This document shows, piece after piece, positions 15,083 through 27,060 of a DNA stretch of 64,000 nucleotides; the first letter of the stretch is position 1; each line of letters begins with the position of its first letter. The notes beneath the pieces were generated by a model. It was given only the letters and a program-made list of their open reading frames with translations. It made no database searches and had not been told where the DNA came from. The stretch comes from Euprymna scolopes (Eukaryota), in NCBI GenBank assembly GCA_053919585.1, contig CM132787.1. One strand, written 5' to 3'. The position numbers and the translations under genes are program-made.

Positions 15083-15153
<71 letters not shown>
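15083..15153. repeat. (TA)n microsatellite (representative; others near 2640, 4410, 15495, 17148, 19900, 45625, 48670, 49575, 55575)
   Basis: Directly visible. Confidence 0.98.
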
Positions 15154-15157
<4 letters not shown>

Positions 15158-15491
15158 GTTCATTCTGGAGGAAACTGAGTTTTTGGTCTATCACACACAC
15201 TCTCAACACTCTTGTTAAATATATATATATTACTGTTTTCCTGGAAAATACCGAGTAACTTATCTTCCATCCGCTCTGTTTATGCTATAATAAATAGAAC
15301 TCTAATTTAATGAACCTTCGAGAAATACTGCATCCATTTTCCCCTTAAAACTTTATTACGATTTTATTACATTTTCTCAATTTAGAATATTAAAAAAATA
15401 TCTATATAGTAAGCATCATTTTACATACTGGCTGTTCTTCTACATTCATAATTAGTATTTCATCATATTCTACAAAGAGAATTGTAACAAT

Positions 15492-15549
<58 letters not shown>

Positions 15550-15552
<3 letters not shown>

Positions 15553-17144
15553 TTGTGCCCGATATTATTCATACACCCCCCCTTGAAAATTGAGTTTATT
15601 AGGTGTAACTTTGTAAGAATTTATTGTTTACGTCCATATTGATACATATTCTTTATAAACCTCTTCTGATCATTTTCGCCATTTTAAAATCTCGGGATAC
15701 TTGTAATAAAAGAAATATACAGCTATTTATAAAATCTGCAATGTTCAAAAATAATCATACCCCCTTATTTTTTCAGTATTAATCGAGTTTCTGACTGCTT
15801 GTTTCCTGTTTGATTCTTATTTGAATGCTTTTATACAACCTTTGATTAATTTCATTTCGTTTTTTGCATTTTTCAGAAATTAAAATGATATCAACTGAAA
15901 ACCAATAAAAGAATAAAAATTATTAGAATGGGGAAGAAAAAAGAGCTTAGTAATGATCTTAGGAGTAAAATTGTGAATTCACATAAGGATGGTTTAGTTT
16001 ACAAGTCAATTTCCAAGAAATTTGAGGTCCCTACAGCAACAGTACAGAGCATCATCAAAAAATTCCAGAGCCACCACACAACAAACAACTTGATAGGTAG
16101 AGGAAGGAAAAGGAAACTGTCTGCTAGAGCCACCAGGAATATTGTAAGAAGTGTTAATGCAAATCCAACCACCACTACTAAGGATATTTTAGAAAATCTG
16201 GAGTCTTCTGGCATAAAAATATCAAGGCAAACATTGCATGAAAATGGTCTGAAAGGAAGGAGACCAAGAAGGACTCCATTGCACACCGGAAAACACCTTG
16301 CTGCACGTCTAAAGTTTGCTAGGACCCATGTGAATTCTCCAGAGTCCGTTTTCTCAAGTATTTTGTGGACTGACGAAACAAAAATTAAATTGTTTGGCCA
16401 TATGGATGCTTCTTACGTTTGGAGGAAGAAAGGAGAAGCTTACAACCCAAAGAACACCATACCCACGGTGAAACATGGTGGTGGTAGCCTAATGTTTTGG
16501 GGCTAGTGGTCCAGGTAGTTTGGTCAAGATAGATGGAACCATGAAGAAGCAGCAATATTTTGAGATACACCAGAAAAAACATTAGACAGGATGCGGAGAA
16601 GCTCCATTTAGGACCAAACTGGGTCCTTCAACAGGATAATGATCCAAAACATACTGCCAAAATAGTCAAGAAATGGTTTGAGGATAATCAAATTAATGTT
16701 TTGGAATGGCCTAGCCAGAGTCCCGACCTGAACCCTATCGAAAACCTCTGGCACATATTGAAAACTGAGGTTAAAAAGCGGAAACCTAGAAATTTGAGGG
16801 ATTTGGAGAACTACTGCATTGAAGAATGGTCAAAAATCAGTGTTGATGCTTGTAAAAACTTTGTTGATAAATATCCAAAACGGTTACAGGCAGTTATTAA
16901 GAATAAAGGGCATGCTATTGACTATTAGTAAGAGAGGTATGAATAATTTTGAACTAGTGCCATTATTGTTTTTCTTTGTATAATGTTTCAAACTTGCATA
17001 ACTTATTTATTTGTTGAGTTTAAATTAAATACTTATGCTTGAGTTATTGTTTGAAATCCCTTTAATATTGTCTACCTTCTGGTTTGAGCAATATTCTTAT
17101 AGAAATCTCAAAGATCCGAGGGGTATGAATAATATCGGGCACAA

Positions 17145-17147
<3 letters not shown>
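15550..17147 (+). mobile_element. Tc1-family DNA transposon, copy B
   Basis: Same TIRs as copy A, TA-flanked, with (TA)n on both sides; near-identical to the reverse complement of 2688-4317. Confidence 0.97.
15928..16928 (+). pseudogene. Tc1 transposase (DD34E), frameshifted
   Basis: ORFs 15928-16506 and 16560-16928. WTDETK, then QQDND with 34 residues to E in SPDLNPIE. 12-bp in-frame deletion (QRTL) and a ~16-bp deletion near 16502 relative to copy A. Confidence 0.95.
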
Positions 17148-17231
<84 letters not shown>

Positions 17232-17742
17232 GCCTATTGGGATTCTGGCAATGTATCATATATAATTAGCAAATATAATGCTGTATTATTATGAAGAGAA
17301 TCATTATCTATAAGAGTGTGAACTTTCTGATTTGGTATAGGCAATCTACCGTACATAATTATGTATCATGTACAGAATTTGCATCATCTAATCGGGCATT
17401 TGCCTTGGTTATTTAAAATATACAACTGGCTATTACAAAAAGCCAAGTCTCTGTACGTAATTTATTATTTGTTTGAGCCGTATAGACTTCACAAATTTCA
17501 TATCTGTATTATTATGCACATGTGCATTACTACAGTATTAGGAACTTTCGATTAAACAAATACGATTTAACTAATTACATATTATAGCATCATCCAAAAC
17601 TTCCCCAGCAAACGCCGATATTATTGCTTTGCATATAAGCTTTATTTCGTTCTCTTTCTCCGACTCGTTGTGGTTCTCTCTCTCTCATTCTCACTCTTTA
17701 TATGCATATATATATACACCTTAAACATTTCTCTCTCTCTCA

Positions 17743-17798
<56 letters not shown>

Positions 17799-17944
17799 TC
17801 ACTTATCACATAAGAAAGTATACACTAATCTCTATATTTATACGCTAAATCACTTCGACCGTTACCATCCTAACAAACCATTAAAATAAAAATAGGGAAC
17901 CCTAAATCGCATTAACTATGCTTATATAGAGTTCCCTTAGTATG

Positions 17945-18268
17945 GGTCCTGTCGGTGGGACATTAGAATATCCCGACTGTCCCCCTGCAGAGGGTAATAG
18001 TCCCTCAATGGGGGTCCTGGATATGACCTTTAACTATATCCAGTGATGGGGCCCCAGCTTTGGGGATGTGGAGCCACGCTTTAATTACCATTGCTCCCAA
18101 GTCCACTGTGACCCGGAGTGGTAGTACCAGTTAGGGTTCCAATTATGGGTTAAATAGAAGCCAACAAATATATTCTATTAAAAAAAATTCTTCAAAATCT
18201 TTGGATTCGGCATTAAATAACCCGAAAAGTGTTGATATGCCGTAAAACAAAAACAACCAACCAATTAA
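17945..18268 (+). mobile_element. SINE-like retroposon with 11-bp TSD
   Basis: TSD CCCTTAGTATG at 17934-17944 and 18269-18279; tail ATGCCGTAAAACAAAAACAACCAACCAA; second copy at 54389-54648. Confidence 0.85.
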
Positions 18269-18319
18269 CCCTTAGTATGAAAATTCAGTATTCTAAAATG
18301 GCCAAGAAACAATTGTCTC

Positions 18320-19260
18320 AATTGGATAAGTTATCGCCAGCCAATGCACTGTAATTCTAATTTCAATACTGATAAGTAAGTAATACCCAGCCAATCAATA
18401 GTGGGTGCAGATTACAATACTGATAAGTAATTATAACCAGACAGTGTATGGTTATTGCAGGTAACAATCTTAATAGGTATTGCCAGCAAGTATCTGGTGG
18501 CTGCACAGCACACCTATTAATACGATAATTAAGCCATCCACTGTCTGGTTGGTACAGATCACAGTACTAATAATAGTTATTGACAGCCAATGTATAGTGG
18601 CTGTAAGATCACAATACTAATAAGTTACCTATGGCCAGTCAGTGTATATTAGGTGCCGGTCACAAAACTGAACAGTTATTTATCGCCGGCCTGCGTCGGC
18701 TGGGTGCTGCTTAGAATACTAATAAGTCATTTATCGCCCTCTAGTGTCTGGTGGCTCAGGCCATAATGCTAATAAGTTTTTTATCGCCAGCAATTGTGTA
18801 GTGGTCAGAAATGACAATACTAATAAATTATGTATGCCAGCCAGGTCACAATAGTTATCGCCAGCCATCTCATAATACTAATAGGCTATTTATCGCCAGC
18901 CAGTTGATGGTGTGTTTAGATCACAATATTATTACTTTGGTTATCGCCATCTAGCGTCTGGTAGGTGCAATATTAATAAGTTATATATCGCCAGCCAGNN
19001 NNNNNNNNNNNNNNNNNNNNNNNNNNNNNNNNNNNNNNNNNNNNNNNNNNNNNNNNNNNNNNNNNNNNNNNNNNNNNNNNNNNNNNNNNNNNNNNNNNNN
19101 NNNNNNNNNNNNNNNNNNNNNNNNNNNNNNNNNNNNNNNNNNNNNNNNNNNNNNNNNNNNNNNNNNNNNNNNNNNNNNNNNNNNNNNNNNCTGCTAGGTG
19201 CAATTCAAAATACTATTATGTTAGTCATCGCCAGCCAGTGTCTTGTCGGTTCAGATCAAA
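18320..19260. repeat. Degenerate ~50-bp minisatellite
   Basis: Recurrent unit ~AATACTAATAAGTTATTTATCGCCAGCCAGTGTCTGGTGGGTGCAGATCAC, at least 13 copies, continuing across an N gap. Confidence 0.85.
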
Positions 19261-19819
19261 ATGATTTTGCTATTCAGCACAACCCAGTATCTTAGTTCTT
19301 TTTATCATATTAATATATTTCAAGCAGTTATCTATATTTTTGATAAATAATTACTTTTTTGTTCACGGTCTGATCAGGACTAATATTACACTGATTAGTT
19401 TATTGAAGGGCATTCTATTGTGTGGTTATGTGATGATGTGTTCCACTGCAGTATAATTTCCACGGGGTTTGCTAGTCATTATAATAATCCGGCGTTAAAG
19501 TATTTGCCTTACTTTAAATTACACTATACCATTAAAAATATATAATAATTCAGAGCGTTCGTCTTTGATAAACATCAAAATATTAAACACGAAAATTACG
19601 CCTGAAATATAAAACTTAATCCGTGCGTTTATTAGATTTAAGATGAGATACACAACCATATACAAACCATATCTGTTATTTTTATGACAGCGTTGAATTA
19701 AACTGTGTTCTTTTTTCTTATTTTTGTCTCTATATAATAGTAGATAAAACAAAAAATGATCTTAGGCATAAAAGTGTTCTGTTATTATTTCGTGTATCCA
19801 CAAACCAGTTACAAATATG

Positions 19820-19860
<41 letters not shown>

Positions 19861-19893
19861 TCACATACCTATACACAGACATACGCAACCCAA

Positions 19894-19960
<67 letters not shown>

Positions 19961-21054
19961 AACATCGTTTATAACATAGAATTATATTTTACCTGAATTT
20001 ATTTTTCGACAGTTTACTCGAAAAATGAATTTTAAACGTTACTGTAACGAAGAGTTTCAAAGAACAGAGGGGATGACTTTCGAATATATCGGCGAATAAA
20101 GTGCCTCCTTTGTACAAAAGTACCAATTTAAGGCTCTGACGAAAGTTTTGGGCAGATATACAAACGTACATACATACATTTAAACAGAAAAGTGAGGTTT
20201 ATATTATACATCATTTTTCTATCTGTGTTAAAAATGTTGTTTTACAGCGATTATCATTAAGTGTTCATTACCACTGATATTAATATTAATAATATAGTTA
20301 TTATTGTTAGTATTAATACATAAATTATTACAATTTTTCTCAAGCCTGCATATGGCAGGACGCCTACGTCTCAATTCAAATTTGCAAATTACTTCAAGGC
20401 TAATCCGTCTATGTCACGAGGCCACAGCTGTTTAAGCGTACGTTTTCATTGTATTTTATTTATTTTATTTTTTTTTCAAAATAAGCGTTTTGTCATTGCT
20501 AAACCTTATATGAGGTCAGGAAAAAGTGTCAGGCCAGCTCAGTATCCCTTATTTGAAATTACTCTGAAGATACAACATAATGATCATTTCTCGATTGCTT
20601 CAAACACCTAGATAACACATATCTAAAACCCGAATACTTCTTACGAAAAACTGTTTTTTTTTTCATTAATAATTTCTTCAATTTATTTTATTTTTGTATT
20701 TTTCACAAAACATTTGCTTTAAATTTTTCCTATATGACTAATTTTCATATGATGCAATCTCAATTCATGCCAGTACCAGCAAATTTACAGCTTCACTAGA
20801 ACATACATTTGCTTATATATCTCCTTTTCTGATGAGAAGGACGCAGTTTTTAACACATCGCAAATTAAGGTAATTTAAATGTTTATTGAGTAACTTGGCC
20901 AAAAATAAAATAGGTAAAAATTATGTACATATTTCGATGGGGAGCTATATTTCCTATATTGCTTTTTATTTGTTTGACATGGATATAAAAGTGCATTTAC
21001 GCGCTTCAAATTTGCTGACGCGCTTGGTACGGAAAATACATTTTTATTCCTTAA

Positions 21055-21717
21055 CTAGCGGGGGTACCCGGCGTTGCCCGAGTGTTTGTTTCCGGGACGG
21101 GGGGGGGTTAAAAATGTTATGGCAGGTAAGTAGGAAGGATCAAACCCGGAATCATGAGTAAAAGTAGGAAAATAAAGTGTGAAAAAAAACAAAAAAAACA
21201 TCTGCAACGTTAACAGTTCGGCCACCAAGAAAAGTCCATTCCAGTTTTTAGGAAAAAAAAAACGACTACGGTAGGTCGGCGCGAACGTGCAAATATAACT
21301 TGAATTTTCCAGCACGCTAACCACTACGCCACAGAGCACTGCAGCTTAGTTTAGTGATTTTAAATAACTTCACATGAAAGAACTACGAAGCCAAACTGGT
21401 GTTCTCTTCTTAACTGTTCCTTGTGAACGATCCCCAAACGGTGTTAAGTGGTGGCAGGGGGAGGAGGAATTTATTAGAGAGAAAATATTTTACCATTCCA
21501 TTGATCTTAACCGATTTTGGCCGTGACTTCTCAGCAGAAAAAGTATAGAAATCTAAGATTATCGAGGAATTTGAGAAATAATAAGCCTATAACACACCTC
21601 AGATATTGTTCTGCCGTTTGTGCATATTATATTTGCATGAAATATCTTGATTTTTAATCCTATTAATATCAAAATCAATCGGGGAAAAATGAGTTCATTT
21701 TATGTATATAGAGAAGA
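21055..21717 (-). mobile_element. Helitron-like non-autonomous element
   Basis: Minus strand reads A|TC...CTAG|T, with a subterminal hairpin-like CTCGGGCAACGCCGGG ~10 nt before CTAG; no TSD. Confidence 0.7.
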
Positions 21718-21734
21718 TTATATGTATGCTCACC

Positions 21735-21975
21735 TTCAACTGGGCACTTATCTAAAGGGGGATCTCTTTTTTCGCGGATATTTTCGAAAGTCATCGTCTC
21801 ATTTCGATTGTCTAGCCTTAATTAAAATCTACGCCAGTTCTGGTTTGACGGTGGTCGTAACATTAAAGATGTCAGTTTTTTCCCCGTTCTTTTCCTCTAC
21901 TGCGGAACGGGTTCGAACCTGCCTTCCTATTTCCACTTCTAAACACGCGGGCAACGCTGGGCTTAAATGTTTGTT
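21735..21975 (+). mobile_element. Helitron-like 3' fragment
   Basis: GCGGGCAACGCTGGG hairpin motif; resembles the reverse complement of 12600-12690 and 21070-21200. Confidence 0.4.
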
Positions 21976-23640
21976 AATTTATAAAAGTGAAAATGTATGT
22001 ATGTATGAGTGTCTGCCTGTCTGTGTACATTTCTTTACCAAATGACTCTATCAAATTGCGGTCTACAGACAAAATATATGACGTAAGGCGTATTGAATTT
22101 TGGGAAAATCGTTTTAATCCTTTTTCGGACAGAAATTTGGCTGCCAAGGCTCAAAGTTCGAGTATTTGACCTTTGAACACTCTACCAAACTACTCCGCAA
22201 AATTTGGATCTAAACACTTGAAATTTAAAATGTAGGTTACTTGGACATGGATCTAACTTTATAATTTGATTTGAGTCTCAAAATGTAATGTAAAGTGTTC
22301 AAAATTGATGTAAAAGTTAAAATAAATTTGACTTTTGCGATGTCTACCAAATTACTCGTCTAAAAATGTTAAATTTTTGCATAAAGTGTATTCAGATATA
22401 GGAAAAGATTTTTAATCGGTTTGAGGCGAACATTTGAGATACCAATGGGTCAAGTTTCCAAAGATTTGACCTTTGCGGTGTTCAGCAAACTACTCCGAAA
22501 ATTGTGGGTCTAAACATTTGAATTAACGGATATTCACATGCGCCAACACTTGAATATTTTTTTTGGGGGGGGCAAGGATTTGGCTGCCAAAAGGGCAAAG
22601 TTTAAAGAGTTGGCTTTTGCAAATTCTACCAAACTCCTCTTCCAATTTTCCTCTAATTGCTTGAAATTTTAAATGCAGGTATCTTGGACATGGGCCAAAC
22701 ATTTTATTTTGATTTGAAACGAAAACAATAAATGTTAAGGGGTCAAAATTGGGGTAAAATTTAAAAAAAATTACCTCTGCTCTCTCAACGAAATTACACA
22801 GACAATTGTTGGTCTAACATTTGAGATTTTACATAATAGTATAATCACACATAAGGCAAGCTATGAACAGTACAAAGGGCTCGAGCAAAGTCCGACAGAA
22901 ATGCAAGTAGTAAATCAGCTTGGTATTGAGTGTAATAAAAAATTATTAGGAAATAATTTTGGGCTTGAGATTAATAGTGAAATGTCTCTGTGTGTGTGCG
23001 TGTCTCTGTACATTTCCCAACCAAATAACACCGTCAATTTTGAGTCTAGAGATTCGATGAATTAAAAAGATGATATCTGCGATCTCTACGAAATGACTAA
23101 TCCAATTTCTGGTCTAAACATTTGAAATTTTATATAATGGTAATTAAAGGATATGGCAAGCTTTTTAATCGGTTCGAGTGGAAAATTTGAGCGACCAAGG
23201 GGTCCCAGTTCAAAAGATTTTACCTTTGCGATATCTAGCAAACTACTCAGCCAATTTTGTGTCTAAACATTTGAAATTTATACATATCAATTATTCAGAT
23301 ATTTGGCAAGCATTTTAATCAATTTCGGGCCGAAAATTTAGCTGAAATCAGGTCAAAGTTGATAGAGTTGACCTTTGCCGATCTCTACCAAATGTCTCCA
23401 CCAATTTTTGTCTAAAGATTTGAAATTTAAAATGTAGGTAACGTGGATATAGGTAAAAGTGTGTATTTTGATTTGACACCATAATAATAAATGTTAGGAG
23501 ACCATATATGGGTTAAATTAAAAAAACATACTCCTGCCGTCTCTATGAAATGCTCCAGATAAATTTTGGTCTAAACATTTGAAATCTTACGAGGACGAGT
23601 ACATATGGCCAGAGCAAAGAAAGGCAGAAATGCAAGTAAT
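21976..23640 (+). mobile_element. Two tandem Helitron/Helentron-like non-autonomous elements with internal subrepeats
   Basis: Copies ~21976-22911 and ~22977-23640 both start GTGAAA(A)TGT plus a GTxT tract and end GAGCAAAG...CAGAAATGCAAGTA. Each contains repeated ~110-125-bp TCTACCAAACTACTCC...GGTCTAAACATTTGAAATTT units. Confidence 0.55.
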
Positions 23641-24059
23641 AAATAAACGTGCTGTTGAAAGTAATAGTAAATTAATAACAACTAATTTTGGGTTTGATAT
23701 TAATACTGAATTAAAGGTAAATAAGCTTCGAGTTAATAACAATCGTAAATACGTAGAAATAATTTTGGATTTGAGATTAATTTAGAATTAATAGTAAATA
23801 CGTGTTGTAATTGCGAATAATGGTAAATAAGTAGCAAATAATTTTGTGTTTGAGATTAATAGTGAAATAATAGTAAATAGGTTTTGAGTTAAGAGTAATA
23901 GTAATTTAATCGCAAATAATTTGGATTGGAGATTAATTTATATCAATTTTTTTTACATACGCCCATCAAGGACAACCTGCATGCTTCTCTTATATAAAAA
24001 GGATATAATTATGCAAAGCATTCGCCCATGGAATTTTATTTTTATTAGAAGACTATCGT

Positions 24060-24620
24060 ATCATACCCTTTACAGCATTAGCTATAGCTCGGCCTAGTGC
24101 CCTCCCTCTCTTGCATTGCCTTATTCGGTGCTTGGTATACATGTTCAGAGAATATAGGTAGAACATGTGCAGTTGAACGGGCTTGCTTAAATCAATATTG
24201 GTGGTCAGACAAAAGTTTAGCAGCTGTAAGGTGGTGGACTAGAACTTGATTAATTCAGGACTCAGATATTTTGGAGAGAAGAGGGAGGAGGCTAATGGGT
24301 CAGTTCTTCCGCTAGAGTTTTTGTAAATTGTTACCACAGAAGCAGTTTTCCAGCAGCCAGGAAAGCAAGATTCGTTAAGGCATTTGTTAAAGAGTTTATA
24401 GAGAGCAGGGGTAACCTTAGCGGAGCTGTTTTTTTTTTAATAGCACAGCGTAGATAAGGTCAGCTCCACATGCTTTTGAGGTCTCTAGGTTGTTTTATAA
24501 TGCCATGTACTTGGGAAGGTGATATCCTCAGACCATCTAGCATGGTTTCTATCCGCAGAGAAAAATCAGGGAGGTAATGGCATGCGTGGTCCAAGCTACA
24601 ATATTAGCTCAACTGTGCTT
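24060..24620 (-). pseudogene. Old CR1-group RT fragment
   Basis: Minus-strand remnants NLETSKACGADLIYAVLLKK...LYKLFNKC and KLLSDHQY*FKQARSTAHVL, homologous to the LINE at 10-11 kb. Confidence 0.7.
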
Positions 24621-25847
24621 AACTTCCGTTATTTGACGATAATATGTTTTTCAATGCGATTATGCTATATATATATATATATATATGTATGTATATATAT
24701 ATGTATATATATTACATGGCATGTATATTAAGTATAAGTTGAGTATCCCCACCCATTCTGCATATATTTATGCATAACTGCATGAGACAGAACTGACATA
24801 ATGACGCTTTGGCACAACAAAAATTAATAGGCGTATATCTTATAAAATAGTAATTTATTTTCTTCTCCGAATATCTATAAATATGAACGCTGAACCCTAA
24901 ACATTTCCAACATACGTGAGTAAACCCATATAAAAATACACGATTAAATGTTTAAATTAAGTACTGTTTCTCGCATCCTTCCCAAATTTCTTGTTTGTCA
25001 TTGGTGTTCTGAACCCCATATTTGCATAGGAAGTATGTGTGTTCAAATTTTTAGTGCATATTTTACACTCTCATACTGGTCATTGAAACGTTCTGCATCA
25101 GGCAACATGGCAAATAACTTATCTGTGATCTTTAGATATGTATTTTTTCGCAACACAAACTTAGCCAAGCCAATAAAATGATTGCTTACACCCTGAAACT
25201 GTGCTATAGCATACTGGTTAGAATAATCCCTCATTTAAAAACTGAAGGGTCCACTAAAGGAGGTCAACTCATAAACCTAAGTCAATGTATTAGGCGTCAC
25301 AGCTTATTGTTTTCTTAGAAAAATCAGAATTGGATTAAGTATCATTGCTACAAAAATTGAAGACGGGGCGTCAGCCTGGAAGTAATTAGAACATACGGCG
25401 CATTCTACATAAAATTGGCTGGCATGCTTGTAACTCGAGTAGGAAGCCCTTCTTCAGACAATACCCAAGAAGGCCCGCGATGAGTTTGTTAAAAATGTTT
25501 CAACAAACACATGTATTACTGGAACTATGTCCGATGTCTGGTGAAATTATAATGGGGGAGGGGGAGACTTCAAGCATGTAAAGTTGGCGAGGAATACAAA
25601 GATAAGTGTGTGATTTTATTTCAAGTATCATAGTCAAATGTAATAGCCTGAAGCTGAAGTAAAATGTAAATCGCAAATATCCTCGAGCCCTGAGACGTCA
25701 TCATGGGGAAGTGAAAGGACATTCCAGTAGATTCCTGTGAAGCTCTCGCAAATTACATGTTCATCCGAGTTTAAGCAGTACTGGATAATTATATTTGCCA
25801 TAAAAATACTGACAGTTATTATAATGTATGTTAACATTGACACATTT

Positions 25848-25890
<43 letters not shown>

Positions 25891-26191
25891 AGCTGAATTT
25901 ATACATAGAGATATGCACACATAAATATAAAAGAGCAAGACACACATATACTTATATTTATATATATGTAAGCACAATGCAGAGTGTTTTAGTTGTGTTA
26001 AAGTCTCATTTAGTAAGTGATGTCTCATGAACATATATACTTAAATGTCTGCAGATGTATGAGGTTTGTACTCACTTTTGTGATACACTGTAAGGATGTG
26101 TTAGCCTGGTATGTATATATGTACACGTGTATATAAACGTGTATGCATATGCATGCACATAATAATATGTGTGTAATAATATATGCATGTA

Positions 26192-26238
<47 letters not shown>

Positions 26239-26758
26239 TGCTAATTTTTATACTGTGCAAATATAACAGCAAGTAACACAATTAAATTGTGGGCAATGCC
26301 ATATCGCAAAACTACAGCTATAACTATTTTTATTGTACACGGATTTACTAGAAATAAACACTTCTTTATTTCCAAAAGTACTGATTTATTCCAAAACTCG
26401 CGTGTAATTTTATCGGCTAATGTGTTATATTTAAGTATATAATGATCTGTAATTTTAATTATGTTTAATGGTATATGTGTTTTTTCGGCAACTGTCGCTA
26501 ATAGATATCTATCCTAAAGGTCCTGCTATTTTTCACGAGGTTACACGCGCTCTATTACACTGTCATTTTAAGTGTATAATGATTGTTATTATAAGTATGC
26601 TTGCTTGGCAGCTATTCAGCAAAAAATAATGTGTAAAAAATCAAGCACTTAATGTCTCAAGGACATATTGGCAAATCCTGTACACTAGTATTCATATTTT
26701 TGCACACCCAGCAGATGCATAGTATTATGCATATATCGTATTTGTAATTACCAAGATA

Positions 26759-27060
26759 CTAGCAATTCTTACTTTAACATTTGCCCTTGACCTTTGAAAC
26801 TAGTGTGTCCCATCAATGCGTCAGAGACCCTCATCATGCCAGGTATATCCATGATCAGTTCAGTCGTGTGGGCTGCCAGAGAGTGTATATACATAGTTTA
26901 TGATCTTGATCTTTGATCTTAACCCTAAAAAGTGGTTTTCGATAACCCTAGATTCGGACCTTCATCATGCCAAGTTTGGTCATGATCGATCCAGTTATGT
27001 AGGCTGTAAGAGAGTTGTGGACAGAGCCATATAAAGCATCTACTTTATATATATAAAGAG
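26759..27060 (-). mobile_element. Helitron-like non-autonomous repeat with internal ~135-bp duplication
   Basis: CTAG at 26759; repeated TGACCTTTGA...TCATCATGCCA...CATGATC units; TATATATAAAG-type 5' end near 27055. Confidence 0.35.

Noticed and set aside
18320-19260. CRISPR array
   Set aside because: Units are homologous over their full length with no unique spacers; eukaryotic context and no cas genes.
25240-25600. Possible old LINE fragment (VNVLGVT motif)
   Set aside because: Single weak motif; cannot be supported without an alignment.
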